A DNA stretch of 51,702 bases from Cyanobacteria bacterium J06626_4 (GTDB taxonomy: Bacteria; Cyanobacteriota; Cyanobacteriia; Phormidesmidales; Phormidesmidaceae): the NCBI GenBank assembly GCA_038523235.1, contig JBCBJQ010000036.1:1-51702 (forward strand). The letters are read 5' to 3'. A model generated the notes under the pieces. It saw only the letters and a program-made list of their open reading frames with translations. It did no database searches and had not been told where the DNA came from. Position numbers and translations under genes: made by a program. Every line of letters starts with the position of its first letter. Positions within the stretch are counted from its first letter, which is position 1. This document shows positions 19,292 through 29,984 of the stretch, in pieces.

Positions 19292-21349
19292 CTAGCGGTC
19301 TCGGGGCGGGCGAATATCATTGGCATTGGCGGGACTGTCGATGGCTTGGCCTTGCCAATCGCGAATTCGCAGTTGGGCCTCGGCATAGGCATCGGTGCGA
19401 GGCGGAATCTGGCTAGCTATGGCGATCGCCTCGTCAAGATTACGAGCGGCCGTTGATTCGGCGACGCTAAGCAGATCCCAACTCCACTGATTGGCGGCCT
19501 GTCGGGCGAGCGTCCAGTCGGAGCTTGAGTCTGGGACTCCAAGGGCCAACTCAATCGCCTGAGCTAAGGCGCCGACGGTGCCAGAGTCGGCCACGAGCAG
19601 CGCCTGCTGATAAGACTGGCGACCGCTTTGTTGATCTTGCCAACTGGCGATCGCGGTTTGCGCCTCGTCATACAGCGCCTGATTGGGCGGAATTTGTGAA
19701 GCGACAGCGACGGCTTGACTCAACTGGCCGTTATCCGCCAGCTGCTGCGCCTGGGTCAGCATGGGCTGGTTATCGAGCCGCTGGATCTGCCAGCGCCAAT
19801 CGGCGATCAAGTCTTGCGCTTCGCCATACAGGGCGCTGCTGTCTGGCACCTGCCCCACCTCCGCGATCGCCCCTTGCAAACTGGCGCGATCGCCCCCAAG
19901 GGCGGCCAGTTTAGCACGATCAATAAAGGGCTGATCTTCAATCAGGGCGATGCCGCGACGCCATTCGGCAATTTGTGTTTGCGCCTGATCCCAGCGGGGG
20001 TTGTCAGGGGCCACTTCTTCGGCTTCGACGATGGCGGCCCGCAGGCTTTCCACCGTGCCTGAGCGGGCGACCTGTTGAGCCCAATTGAGTTGCGCCACGC
20101 CCTCTAGTTCCCACTGCCATTCACGTCTTAGGGCCTGCGCTTTGGCGTAGAGGGGGCGATCGCTGCCTAGGCTCTGCAGGCGGACAATTGCAGCTTCATA
20201 GCCCGCTGTGGTGCCGCCCCAGGTCAACTCATAGGCATCCGCCAGCGTTCTAAAGTCCGCGACCTCTTGTTCAAGCCTGGCTTCCGGGGGAATCTTGCCC
20301 AAAATTCGGAGCGCTTCGGAGCCGTCCTGATTGGCGAGGGCCGCTTCGGCCAGGTCGAGTAAGTCATTGCTCAGGTCTTTGAGCACGGTCTGAGCTTCCG
20401 CGTAGACGTAGCTCTCAGGCTCGATGGCCGCCACTTGCTGCAGCGCTTCGAGAATATCGTCCACGGTGCCGCGATCGGCAATACGCTCGGCGCTAGCCAG
20501 CAGATTGACTTCTTCACGCGTGCGGCTGATCAGGCTCGTCAGCTCTTCATAGCGCTGATTTGCCCAAAACTCGTTATCGACCGATCGCAGCTGAATAGCG
20601 GCGCTAAAGGCATCCCGAAACTGAGATGCCCGCAGATGATCTTCGGCCTTGCGAAAAATCGACTCCGCCTGTTCCCAAATGGCGCGCCAGCGGCGCAGGC
20701 GATCGCTAACCTGTTGCGCCGCGGCGGTGTTGGGGGGAATTTTTTCAGCAATGGCGATCGCCGAGTCGAGCTCGCCCTGATTAAAGGTCTGATCGGCAAT
20801 GTGCAGCACTTCATCGGCCCACAGTTCGACCCGGTCGTTAATGTCTGAGCGCAGGGGATGATCGGCAGGCAAGGCTTCGACTAAGGAAATCGCCGCCAAG
20901 AGGCTATCGACCGATCCCTGATCGGCGTAAGCATCGGCGCATTGCAGTCGCGTCGCCGCTGAAGCCAGGGGCCAAAAAATGGCGCGGCAATTGGGCAAAT
21001 TGGGAATGCGCAGCAAACTAACGGCAGAGGCGCCGGCGACGCCCCCGAGGGCCGTCACCAGTAAAAACGCCCACACCATCCAGCGGTTAGATCGCTGGCG
21101 CGAGCGCCGAGGCGACTTAGCGGCCTTGGCAGGGGGCATAGAGGGGGATAAACCAGTCGCTGAACGCGTTTGACTAGGGCTGGTATTGGGGGCGTTGGGC
21201 TGCCGTCCGGCAGGCGATCGCGGCGATTGCGGTCGGGGCCACTGGTCACGCTTGGGGGGCGGCACCGCTCCGGGCCTCAAGGGGGAACCGCGTCGCGGCG
21301 GAACGGAACCTGAGGGCCGATTGGGGGGAAGGTTGGAGGAGCTGCTCAT
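19292..21349 (-). CDS. Conserved cyanobacterial membrane-anchored alpha-helical repeat protein (often labelled 'chromosome segregation ATPase'; no Walker motif seen)
   Basis: Pro-rich N-terminus, one TM, LPNCRAIFWPLASAATRLQCA, repeated AI..A.QIP....Y.EAQ..I..W units. Confidence 0.75.
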   Translation of the reverse strand: MSSSSNLPPNRPSGSVPPRRGSPLRPGAVPPPKRDQWPRPQSPRSPAGRQPNAPNTSPSQTRSATGLSPSMPPAKAAKSPRRSRQRSNRWMVWAFLLVTALGGVAGASAVSLLRIPNLPNCRAIFWPLASAATRLQCADAYADQGSVDSLLAAISLVEALPADHPLRSDINDRVELWADEVLHIADQTFNQGELDSAIAIAEKIPPNTAAAQQVSDRLRRWRAIWEQAESIFRKAEDHLRASQFRDAFSAAIQLRSVDNEFWANQRYEELTSLISRTREEVNLLASAERIADRGTVDDILEALQQVAAIEPESYVYAEAQTVLKDLSNDLLDLAEAALANQDGSEALRILGKIPPEARLEQEVADFRTLADAYELTWGGTTAGYEAAIVRLQSLGSDRPLYAKAQALRREWQWELEGVAQLNWAQQVARSGTVESLRAAIVEAEEVAPDNPRWDQAQTQIAEWRRGIALIEDQPFIDRAKLAALGGDRASLQGAIAEVGQVPDSSALYGEAQDLIADWRWQIQRLDNQPMLTQAQQLADNGQLSQAVAVASQIPPNQALYDEAQTAIASWQDQQSGRQSYQQALLVADSGTVGALAQAIELALGVPDSSSDWTLARQAANQWSWDLLSVAESTAARNLDEAIAIASQIPPRTDAYAEAQLRIRDWQGQAIDSPANANDIRPPRDR

Positions 21350-21737
21350 AAAATCCCTGGCACCAGTCTGTGGATAGATTATTTAGCGTCATTCAGCTCA
21401 ATTTGAGCCTAGCTAACTCTACACCTAGCAATATTGAGTCAATGATTTGCGTTTAGACAGTATATCGATCCAATCTGAAAGTAGCGCATTCTTGCTAGAT
21501 CTATCTCGATTGCGGGCCAGTTGTAAACTCTGGCAATCGGTTTGCCGTGCTCAGGTCACGCTGAACTTCATCCGATTGGCAGCGGTCAAAGCGTTTTTGT
21601 ATTGACGAAATAAAATTCCATCACTGGGGATGCCTGGAGAACGACTCGGCTTGCTGTCGTCATGGTTAGGGGCCGCCCCGCCGCGCTCAGTCGGGCTGTA
21701 GCCTAATAGAGGAAACCTACGATTGCAGAGAAAGTTT

Positions 21738-22616
21738 GTGAAAGTCGCATTTATTGGGATGGGCACCATGGGGGCACCGATGGCTCTGAATCTGTTGCAG
21801 GCCGGTCATGATGTCATCGTTCACAATCGCACCCGCGATCGCGAGATGGCCGTGGCGGCAGCCGGTGCGCAACGGGCAGCCTCACCCCAGGCTGCCGCGA
21901 TGGCGGCTGAGGTGGTGATCACCTGTGTGAGTGACACCCCTGATGTTGAAGCCGTGATGCTCGGGGCTGAGAGCGTCGTCAGGGGCGCTAAACCAGGCAC
22001 CATCGTTATTGATATGTCCACGATTAGTCCAACGGCCACTCGACGGATTGCTGGTGACTTGGCAACTGCGGGTATTGCCATGGTCGATGCGCCAGTCTCC
22101 GGTGGGTCTGAAGGGGCCGAAAAGGGGACGCTCTCGATCATGGTGGGGGGTGAGGCCGAGGTGGTTGAGCAGGTGCGACCCCTGCTCGCAGCCATGGGAC
22201 AAACTATTACCCACGTGGGAGGCATTGGTGCCGGTCAACTAACGAAGGCGATTAATCAGATTATTGTGGCGGGCACCTACTGGGCGATCGCTGAAGGGCT
22301 GACTTTGGGCCTGAAAGCGGATCTGGATATGGATCAGGTGGTGGCAGCGGTCAGCGGTGGGGCTGCCGGTTCCTGGGGGCTCGACCATCGCTCGGGCAAT
22401 ATGCTCAATAATGAGTATCCCTTGGGCTTTCGCGTGCGGCTGCATCAAAAGGATCTCAACATCGCGTTAGCAACCGCCCGTGAATTGGGCGTTACCCTGC
22501 CCATGGCAGCCTATGTCGAACAAGTCGAGACGGGGCTAATTGGTCGGGGCTTTGGCGATGAAGACATCTCTGCGATCGCTCGCAGCGTGCGCCAACAGTC
22601 AGGGCTGGATGATTAG
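21738..22616 (+). CDS. NAD(P)-dependent beta-hydroxyacid dehydrogenase (3-hydroxyisobutyrate dehydrogenase / tartronate semialdehyde reductase family)
   Basis: FIGMGTMGAPMA, DAPVSGG, catalytic K in TKAINQ, F....HQKDL; GTG start. Confidence 0.9.
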   Translation: MKVAFIGMGTMGAPMALNLLQAGHDVIVHNRTRDREMAVAAAGAQRAASPQAAAMAAEVVITCVSDTPDVEAVMLGAESVVRGAKPGTIVIDMSTISPTATRRIAGDLATAGIAMVDAPVSGGSEGAEKGTLSIMVGGEAEVVEQVRPLLAAMGQTITHVGGIGAGQLTKAINQIIVAGTYWAIAEGLTLGLKADLDMDQVVAAVSGGAAGSWGLDHRSGNMLNNEYPLGFRVRLHQKDLNIALATARELGVTLPMAAYVEQVETGLIGRGFGDEDISAIARSVRQQSGLDD

Positions 22617-22691
22617 CGCCAGTTTGCCGGTTTTTCCGCCTCGGCGCTCCAACTCTCGAAATCGCGGGGGGAAGCTGGTGGTGGCTCCTCG

Positions 22692-25600
22692 CTACTCGGT
22701 GGGGTCGGCTGCCGGTGGCTGGCAGAGCTCGCGGGTGTCGGCATCGACCTGCTGGTTGTGCTGCAAATAATCGGCGAGCCAGGCACAACTGCTACGCAGC
22801 AACGCATCAATATCATTCATGCCATCCCGATGCCAAATGAGGACCTGTGAGTCACTGCTGGCCGAGACGAGATAATCACCCTGGGCATCGATCACCACAT
22901 CGCGCACGCCTTGAGTATGGCCCGAGAGCGTGGTAATGAGCTCGCCCTGCAAATCCCATACGCGAATAGAGTTATCATTGCTCGCCGTGACGATTTGCTG
23001 ACCGTCGGGGCTAAAGGTGACCGCTAAGACGCCATCTTCATGGCCTTCAAGCGTTTGCAAAAGCTCACCACTGCTGGCTTCCCAGAGGTTGACCCGATTG
23101 TCGTAGCTGGCCGTGGCCAACAACTGGCTATCGGGGCTAAATTCAGCATCCAAGACCCACCCCCGGTGATTTCTCAGCGCCTGGGGCTCAGCCATCGTCT
23201 CCCCATTGATAATTTCGTCTACCATCCACAGTTGAGTGAGATGGTCCCACCCGGTGGAGACTAAGTACTGCCCATCGGCACTGAAATTTACGCCAAAGGC
23301 TCCGTCTCGATGGGCTTCTAGAGTTTCAATCAAAGTGCCGTCGGTTTGCCACAGGCGGAGCGTATGATCGTCACCCACCGAAGCTAAGAGTTCGCCGTTA
23401 GGGTGAAAGGCGACATCGTTGACGCTGCCGACATGCCCTTGCAGGGTGACTGAGGATGGCGTCGAGGTCAGAAAATCACGCCAGAGACGAACGGTGCCAT
23501 CGGCACTGGCGGAGGCGAGGCGATCGCCAGCGGCGTTAAAGTCGAGGCCGTTAACCGCCCCCGTGTGGCCGGGCAAAGACGCCACCAAATCACCATCTTC
23601 ATCCCACAGGCGAAGGATGCCATTGTCGCCCCCGGAGGCGACGACTTCACTGTTATCGGGTGCAATGGTGATGGCATTGACCGCCCCGCTGTGCCCCCGC
23701 AGCACATGCAGATTATCCCGCTGTAAATCCCATAGGCGCACGGCGCGATCGCCCCCTGAGGTAGCAATCATGCTGCCATCCGGACTCAGGGCCAGGGCGG
23801 CAATGAGCCCAGTGTGGCCCACCAGGCTGGCATAGGGGGTGCCATCTAACTGCCAAATTTTGATCACTTTGTCATCGCCGACGGTGATCAGCTGCTCACC
23901 ATCAGGGGTAAAGCGCACGTTGTAAATCGGCCCTTCGTGAGCCGTGAAGGTGCGAATCAGTGTCTGGGTAGTGCGGTCATAAAGTCTGACCTGACGATCG
24001 ACCCCCACTGCTACCAGCAGTTGACCATCGGCGCTAATATCGAGGGCGGTCACCTCAGACGGTTGGCTGGCTAGCGTCGCGATTTCACTGCCAGATTCAT
24101 CCCAGATATAGATGCTGCCCTTTTCATCACCGGCAATGAGCTGGCCCTCAGGGGTCCACAGCAGCGCTTGAAAGCCGCCAATGTCACCCCGGAAGTTGGT
24201 AATAAGTTCACCGCTTAAGTTCCACACCTTGACAGTGGCATCTTCACTGGCCGTCGCCACGTACTCACCATTGGGGGAAAACGCCACCGCTCGGGTCGGT
24301 TGGCGGTGGGCCTGCCAGGTAAATTCAGTGCTGCCATCGCTGTTCCACAGATGCACTGCCCCATCGGAGTCAGCCGCCACGAGGGACTCACCATCGGGTG
24401 AGAAGTCAACGTCTAATAGGGGCGTGCCCTGGCCGGCCAACATGGCCAGCTCGGCCCCGTCTAAGCCCCAGAGGCGAATGCTGCCATCGGCACTCACCGA
24501 CGCCAGGGTTTGGCCATCGGGACTGAAGGCCACCTGCCAAACGGTGCTGGTGTGTCCTTCTAGGCGATTACGCTCTTGTACCCAAAACAGTGATTGCTGC
24601 AGCGAACTCAAGACCTGAGCCTCAAGTTCAGGCGTTTGTTGTTCCGGCTCAAACGCTTGAAATACTTGCCCCGCGCGAGTGGCTGAGAGTAAAGATTCAA
24701 ATCGGCGATCGGACAAAAAGAGTGCTTGGGCTGATTGGTTGAGGGCCCGAAGTTGAGCCTGCTCGGCTAACTTTTGGGCTCGGTGGGCCTGACGCGAGAG
24801 CCCCCAACTGGTGATGCCCATTGCCACCGCAAGCACAGAAACTGCCGTGACAAGCTGCAACCAGCGCTGTTGTCCGGCAAGTTCCGCTTTTTGGCGTCTC
24901 AGCTCACTGGCGCGAACGGCGGCTTCGGCTTCGGCACTGGTGATGACGTATTGATGATGCAGGGCCGTGGGCCGGGGTTCCTGGTCTTTGCCCTGGGTGA
25001 GATAACGATTAGCGCGTTCGAGGTCGGCCCCCCGCAAAAGATAACTCTGATCGCGGCTGTTGCGTTCCCATTCCAAAGCCCGCACCAAAATGCGGGTGTG
25101 CGTGCGGACATAGTCCAAGTCCTGATCGAGCGCCTCTAGCAGGTGATTAAACCCTGCTTGAAAGTCATCTTGAGGTCGCAAAAAAATCCAGTTGAGCCGC
25201 GCGAGTTCCGGATGTACCTGATCCGGCTGCACATCTTCAAAAACCACCGGCACCAAGCGTTTGTTGTGCTGCAGTGCTTCTTCAATCTCTTGCCCACAGA
25301 CCTGAGAGGCGACCGAGTCGGGGCTGAGGACAAACACAAAGGTGTCGGCCAGCTCAATGCCGAGTTGAATCTCTTGCCACCAGTCAACCGCGACGGGAAT
25401 GTTTTCCCAATCGACCCAGACCTCTCGCCCAGTGGCGTCTAGGGCACCGTGCAATTCCTGCACAAATTCTTTGTTACGCCGCGAATAAGAGATGAAGACG
25501 TTGGCCTGCTGGGTGTCTTGATCTAAGACCTTCCAGACGTCTTTGGGCATTTGCCGTCCCGACTTGGGCGCTAGCTTGACTCGATAGTAAGTGACGCCCG

Positions 25601-25856
25601 CTTTTTCCAACGTTTTTAAGAGGCCGCGACCGAGCAGGCCATCGAGGCTGGCTTGCACTTGGTTGAGATCTTGATGCAGGCTCTCGGCAATGGTGGGTGA
25701 GGGAGCTTCATAATGCCGCAGGAGCCAGTTGACCAGAGACTGTTGCTCAGGTGGCATCATCAAAATATCGGCAACTTTTAAGCCAGGGAGTCGCGATCGC
25801 CGACCGCTGGATTTTCCCTTTAAAAGCGCGTCTAACGCATCTTCACCCATGAGCAC
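22692..25856 (-). CDS. wHTH - TIR - TM - WD40 beta-propeller protein
   Basis: N-terminal wHTH-like ~110 aa; TIR (VFISYSRRN, VWVDWENIP, SPDSVASQVCGQEI with catalytic-position Glu); hydrophobic helix; about 14 GH...WD-type repeats. Confidence 0.88.
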   Translation of the reverse strand: MLMGEDALDALLKGKSSGRRSRLPGLKVADILMMPPEQQSLVNWLLRHYEAPSPTIAESLHQDLNQVQASLDGLLGRGLLKTLEKAGVTYYRVKLAPKSGRQMPKDVWKVLDQDTQQANVFISYSRRNKEFVQELHGALDATGREVWVDWENIPVAVDWWQEIQLGIELADTFVFVLSPDSVASQVCGQEIEEALQHNKRLVPVVFEDVQPDQVHPELARLNWIFLRPQDDFQAGFNHLLEALDQDLDYVRTHTRILVRALEWERNSRDQSYLLRGADLERANRYLTQGKDQEPRPTALHHQYVITSAEAEAAVRASELRRQKAELAGQQRWLQLVTAVSVLAVAMGITSWGLSRQAHRAQKLAEQAQLRALNQSAQALFLSDRRFESLLSATRAGQVFQAFEPEQQTPELEAQVLSSLQQSLFWVQERNRLEGHTSTVWQVAFSPDGQTLASVSADGSIRLWGLDGAELAMLAGQGTPLLDVDFSPDGESLVAADSDGAVHLWNSDGSTEFTWQAHRQPTRAVAFSPNGEYVATASEDATVKVWNLSGELITNFRGDIGGFQALLWTPEGQLIAGDEKGSIYIWDESGSEIATLASQPSEVTALDISADGQLLVAVGVDRQVRLYDRTTQTLIRTFTAHEGPIYNVRFTPDGEQLITVGDDKVIKIWQLDGTPYASLVGHTGLIAALALSPDGSMIATSGGDRAVRLWDLQRDNLHVLRGHSGAVNAITIAPDNSEVVASGGDNGILRLWDEDGDLVASLPGHTGAVNGLDFNAAGDRLASASADGTVRLWRDFLTSTPSSVTLQGHVGSVNDVAFHPNGELLASVGDDHTLRLWQTDGTLIETLEAHRDGAFGVNFSADGQYLVSTGWDHLTQLWMVDEIINGETMAEPQALRNHRGWVLDAEFSPDSQLLATASYDNRVNLWEASSGELLQTLEGHEDGVLAVTFSPDGQQIVTASNDNSIRVWDLQGELITTLSGHTQGVRDVVIDAQGDYLVSASSDSQVLIWHRDGMNDIDALLRSSCAWLADYLQHNQQVDADTRELCQPPAADPTE

Positions 25857-26026
25857 TCCTGACTTTGCACATAACTGACAGCTGGCTAATCATCTGACAG
25901 TTGCTGATGCGCTTCTCTTCCCATCATATCGGAGGGAAGAATTGCGAGGTTTCGGTTCTTCCAGAGGATATCTAACCGAGCTTAAGCAATGCTGAGTCGG
26001 CCACGAATCGGCCAGTAGACCGCTGT

Positions 26027-26806
26027 TCAGTCCGTCAGCAATAGCTTGAGATCTTGAATAAAATCAGCGGGCCGGTTGTCGAGATCGATCGCGGTGAGCA
26101 GCTCATCGGACTTGTCGACGAGTTTGGCAATCCGGGGGTCTTCAGTTGTCTTGCCTTCCACCACTTTGTATCGCAGGGCTTCGACAATATCGTCAGCCAC
26201 GCGGCCCGAACCGGCCACGATCACCACTTCTCGCCCGGCATTAACGCTGGCATAGGCATCTTTGACCGTGACAGAGCCGCCATTAATTAAAATCGTCATC
26301 GATTCATGAGCGTCGGATAGATGGGTGGCGATTTCCGAAATCCACGGCGACTCGTCGCCCCATTTTTCACCGGGGACCAGAATGCAGTGGGTATGGTTGG
26401 GCTCTAGGGTCGAAGCATCGGGATGAGACACTGAGTGATCGGGTAAGTTGACCAGCGATCGCGGGGCCACTCCAATCAGCGGAAAAGTGCCGTTGATCGA
26501 CGTGCGAGCTTGGCCCATCAGCCGCATCACCCCGGCATCGGTACCGCCATCGACGACGTAGAGCTGCAGGTCTTCGGCGAGGGGAGCCAGCACCCGGTGA
26601 AACAGGCCATTGAGCTGAACTTTTTGGTCTTCATCCAGCCCACTGGCACCGCCCACAATGACCAGTGTGGTGCGGGGCTCAGATAACCCGGCCGTTTTGA
26701 GATAGGGTGCCAAATCCGCCTGCTCAGCAATAAAACCAACTTGGACGCCCGGATGATCGGGGCTCTCGGGTTCTCGCAGTTGATAAACCTGAACGGGGGA
26801 TGGCAT
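26027..26806 (-). CDS. Stand-alone SLOG-domain protein (TRPM-like / LSDAT_prok type)
   Basis: LVIVGGASG, VVDGGTDAGVMRLMGQAR, FPLIGVAP, LEPNHTH..LVPG..WGDESPWI, LINGG, VAGSGRVAD. Confidence 0.8.
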   Translation of the reverse strand: MPSPVQVYQLREPESPDHPGVQVGFIAEQADLAPYLKTAGLSEPRTTLVIVGGASGLDEDQKVQLNGLFHRVLAPLAEDLQLYVVDGGTDAGVMRLMGQARTSINGTFPLIGVAPRSLVNLPDHSVSHPDASTLEPNHTHCILVPGEKWGDESPWISEIATHLSDAHESMTILINGGSVTVKDAYASVNAGREVVIVAGSGRVADDIVEALRYKVVEGKTTEDPRIAKLVDKSDELLTAIDLDNRPADFIQDLKLLLTD

Positions 26807-27262
26807 AGGTTATAGATTGGTGCTCAATCAGCAAATTATGAATGCCCATGGTCACGATACCGCTACGCTGGGCGGCATTGTCATGAGCCGGGCTGCCACT
26901 AGGGGAGGCAAATTACTCTCAAGATGCCCAGTTTAGGGAAATGAAAACAGATGTGCACAGGATACATGGAGATCTAAAACCCAACAATATCAACGCAGTC
27001 TTTAAACATGCCATTGACAATTACAACATTTTTGTCCACGAGGCTGGCCGCCAATCATGACACTCTGGCCAGCCACCGCCGACCGCTGATACCCCCATAA
27101 GCGTAAAGGAGCAGCCAGTCTAGCGGTCAGTTCGCAGATTGGCGGGCTGACCGATGACGGTCTCTTGTCGCTCCCCTTAAATCGTGGTTTAGGCAACCAT
27201 CAGGACTAAGCCGAGAAGCGCATACTATGATGAGAATGAAAGCTTAACTTTTGTAAATCATT

Positions 27263-27889
27263 TTGACTTCGGTTGTCAGACATCCCCCAGAGCTGCCCTG
27301 TCCGGCTACATGGTTGGCGCTCGATATTCTGTGGCAAGGCGGCAGTTCGGTCGTTAAACGGGGGCTCCCCCACGATCAGCTTTCTCCGGCCTGGCAAATT
27401 TTGCTGTTGGGCGATGGCTCCCCCACACGTCATTTGCAACTGCTCACCCGTGAGCGCACCGATGTGGACGTGATTGACATGTCAGCCATTGGTCAAGCGC
27501 CGGATCAGGCCCCCGAGATTATTCAAGCGGTACCGGGGCCGCGCTTACGCCGACAAGTTTGGCTGCGCACCGCATCGGGACAGCGTTTGGCCTACGCCAC
27601 CTCGTGGTGGGAGGCCAGCCATGTCGATGAATATCTGCAAAATAAGTCACTGCCCATTTGGGCCAGTCTGTCGCGCATTCGGGCGGAACTCTATCGCGAC
27701 ATTCGCGGCATTTACTACGGTCACTCTCAGCCGCTAGAGGATGCTTTTGGTGAGCGAGGGCCGTTTTGGGGCCGGCACTACCTGTTTTGGCATAACGGCA
27801 AACCGCTGACGTTGATCTATGAGGTGTTTTCGCCCTATCTCACCCGCTACCTCGGTCCGACACGGGCCGAGATCAGCCTGGAGGAATGA
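27263..27889 (+). CDS. Cyanobacterial chorismate lyase (DUF98/UbiC-like)
   Basis: WQILLLGDGSPTRHLQLLT, RLRRQVWL, LAYATSWW, WGRHYLFWH..KPLTLIYEVFSP. Confidence 0.85.
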   Translation: MTSVVRHPPELPCPATWLALDILWQGGSSVVKRGLPHDQLSPAWQILLLGDGSPTRHLQLLTRERTDVDVIDMSAIGQAPDQAPEIIQAVPGPRLRRQVWLRTASGQRLAYATSWWEASHVDEYLQNKSLPIWASLSRIRAELYRDIRGIYYGHSQPLEDAFGERGPFWGRHYLFWHNGKPLTLIYEVFSPYLTRYLGPTRAEISLEE

Positions 27890-28140
27890 GGTCAGCGGGG
27901 GCGAATTCGGAATTCCAGAAAGCCTGCGGCTTGGGAACTTGCGGCGATCTCTGAGCCAGCAGATATCGCCAGCAGCACCTCGATTAAGTCATATAGCGAG
28001 CCGCAGTCAGGTTTGGACACTTTTAATCGCCGGATTGCTGGCGGCAAGGCCCTTCCCTGCACCTTGAACCCAGCACCTTGCTACCCTCTGCCATATCAAA
28101 TTCGGATGCTTGCCCTTTACATCGCGATCGCCCCCGCCCT

Positions 28141-29688
28141 TTAACGCAAACCGATGTCGGCCATGAGCTGCCAATGCTTCTTAACCGGCACCAACGTGTT
28201 GGCGGTGATGAAGCCGCTCGCGGCCACGGCAGGCAGACCAATACCGGGAAACGTGGAGTCGCCACAGCACAACAGCCCGTCAATCGGGGTTTTGGGCCCC
28301 GGAAAGAGGGCTTTGCCCGCCGCGATCGCAGGGCCGTAGCTGCCCTGATAGCGTCGTAGAAAGCGGGCGTGGGTCAATGGCGTACCCACCAACTCTACTT
28401 CCACCCGCTGCCGCACATCGGGAATCACCCGTTCGAGCGCCTGCCACATCACGGCTGATCGTTGGGTTTTGAGCTGGTGATAGGCGGCACCGCGGCGATC
28501 GAGTCCCTGCCACAGGTCATAGGGCTCATTGCCCGGCGTGTAAACATGAATCGTGGCTTTGCCGGGCGGGGCGAGGGTAGGGTCAAGCTGCGACGGCATC
28601 GAGATCAGCACGACGTTTTGCGCGGCAGTAACTCCAACGTCCCAATCGTTCACCACAATGTGGTGGCAAGCCAGGTGCTCTAACCCAGTCGTGTCAATGC
28701 CCAGATGCAGATGCATAAAGCTGGGACAAGGCGGGATGGCTTGCCGCTGCCGCCGCAGGGTGCGGGTCGCGGGGTGATCCGGGAGGAGTGGCAGCGTATC
28801 CCAAATGGAGGCGTTGGAAATCACGGCTTGCCGCGCCTGCAGCGTCTCCCCCGTTTGCAGCCGAACGCCGGTAGCGCGATCGCCCGCCATCATAATGGCA
28901 TCCACGTGAGCCCCGAGGCGCAGCGTGCCCCCCTGCTTTTTGAGTCCGCGCACGAGGGCCGCGACCAGGGCCGCGCTGCCGCCGACCGGGTAGTCGAGCG
29001 TAACGCCGGGGCGGTACCAATCGGCAAACATGAAGGCCATCTCAGCGGTGCTCGTGCCAGTAGCGGGTAGCCCCGACAGCAAAAAACACAGCAGATCGAG
29101 CCAGTGCCGCAAAAACGGATCGCTCACGGCGCGATTCATTAGCTGACTGAACGGCCCAGTGAGATCCGGCAGCCGTAGCGCATGGCCCAACATTGACCCG
29201 ATGAAGGGCGATACGGTCTGCAAGCAGCCCCAGTCAAACCGGAGCGCCGCTGGGGGCAGGGCGATCGCTGCCTCGCCATAGGGCTGCATCAGAGCCTGTA
29301 ACTGCCGCCATTGTGCGATCGCCTCTGGCCCCCGCAAGGTCGCTAGCACCTCACAAAACTGATCCGCACCAACCTGAGTGGCAAAATCCCCCTCGGGCAG
29401 ACAGCAGCCCCAAGTGTCGTAGGTGTGCCAGTCGGCATCTTCGCCAATGGCGTTTAAAACGTGGCGCAGTGGATTGTTGGAGCTGCGGTCAGACAGGCCC
29501 GAATATAGGGAAGGGCCGGAGTCAAACTGAAAGCCCTGGCGCTCGAATCCATGGGCGGCACCGCCTGCGATCGTATGACTTTCACAGACCACTACATCGA
29601 GGCCGTAGCGGGCCAGCACCGCACCGCAGCTGAGCCCGCCAATGCCACTACCGATGACGATCACATCCGTTTTCATAGCCTTCGCCAT
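28141..29688 (-). CDS. FAD-dependent phytoene desaturase / carotenoid isomerase-like oxidoreductase
   Basis: VIGSGIGGL, GGAAH.FER.GF.FDSGPS, YPVGGS, GTPLTHARFL, CCGDSTFPGIGLPAVAASG; start 29688 or 29676. Confidence 0.85.
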   Translation of the reverse strand: MAKAMKTDVIVIGSGIGGLSCGAVLARYGLDVVVCESHTIAGGAAHGFERQGFQFDSGPSLYSGLSDRSSNNPLRHVLNAIGEDADWHTYDTWGCCLPEGDFATQVGADQFCEVLATLRGPEAIAQWRQLQALMQPYGEAAIALPPAALRFDWGCLQTVSPFIGSMLGHALRLPDLTGPFSQLMNRAVSDPFLRHWLDLLCFLLSGLPATGTSTAEMAFMFADWYRPGVTLDYPVGGSAALVAALVRGLKKQGGTLRLGAHVDAIMMAGDRATGVRLQTGETLQARQAVISNASIWDTLPLLPDHPATRTLRRQRQAIPPCPSFMHLHLGIDTTGLEHLACHHIVVNDWDVGVTAAQNVVLISMPSQLDPTLAPPGKATIHVYTPGNEPYDLWQGLDRRGAAYHQLKTQRSAVMWQALERVIPDVRQRVEVELVGTPLTHARFLRRYQGSYGPAIAAGKALFPGPKTPIDGLLCCGDSTFPGIGLPAVAASGFITANTLVPVKKHWQLMADIGLR

Positions 29689-29984
29689 CCTGCATTTTTC
29701 TCTAGGGTGCGTCATCAATCAAGCTCGAAAGCCTGACGGTATGGGCATTGCCGCGCCCACTCTGTAAAGCTCTCTAGCGGCTAAATCGCTTTCAGCATCA
29801 GGACTCAGCCGCTCAATGATGACAGCCTCTAGTGTTACGAAAAATGCGGCCAGCGGCTACCGGATGGGCTCACGGGTTGAAACCCGCAGGTAGTCTGGGC
29901 GACGAGAACGCTGCTAAGGGATTCTGATCAGCTGCGATCAATTCCCAGCCCCTTAGCTCCCCAGTCCCCTGGCGCTTGTATACC

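Noticed and set aside
19292..21349. 'Chromosome segregation ATPase' function
   Set aside because: No Walker A/B motif is visible; the protein is a TM-anchored helical repeat.
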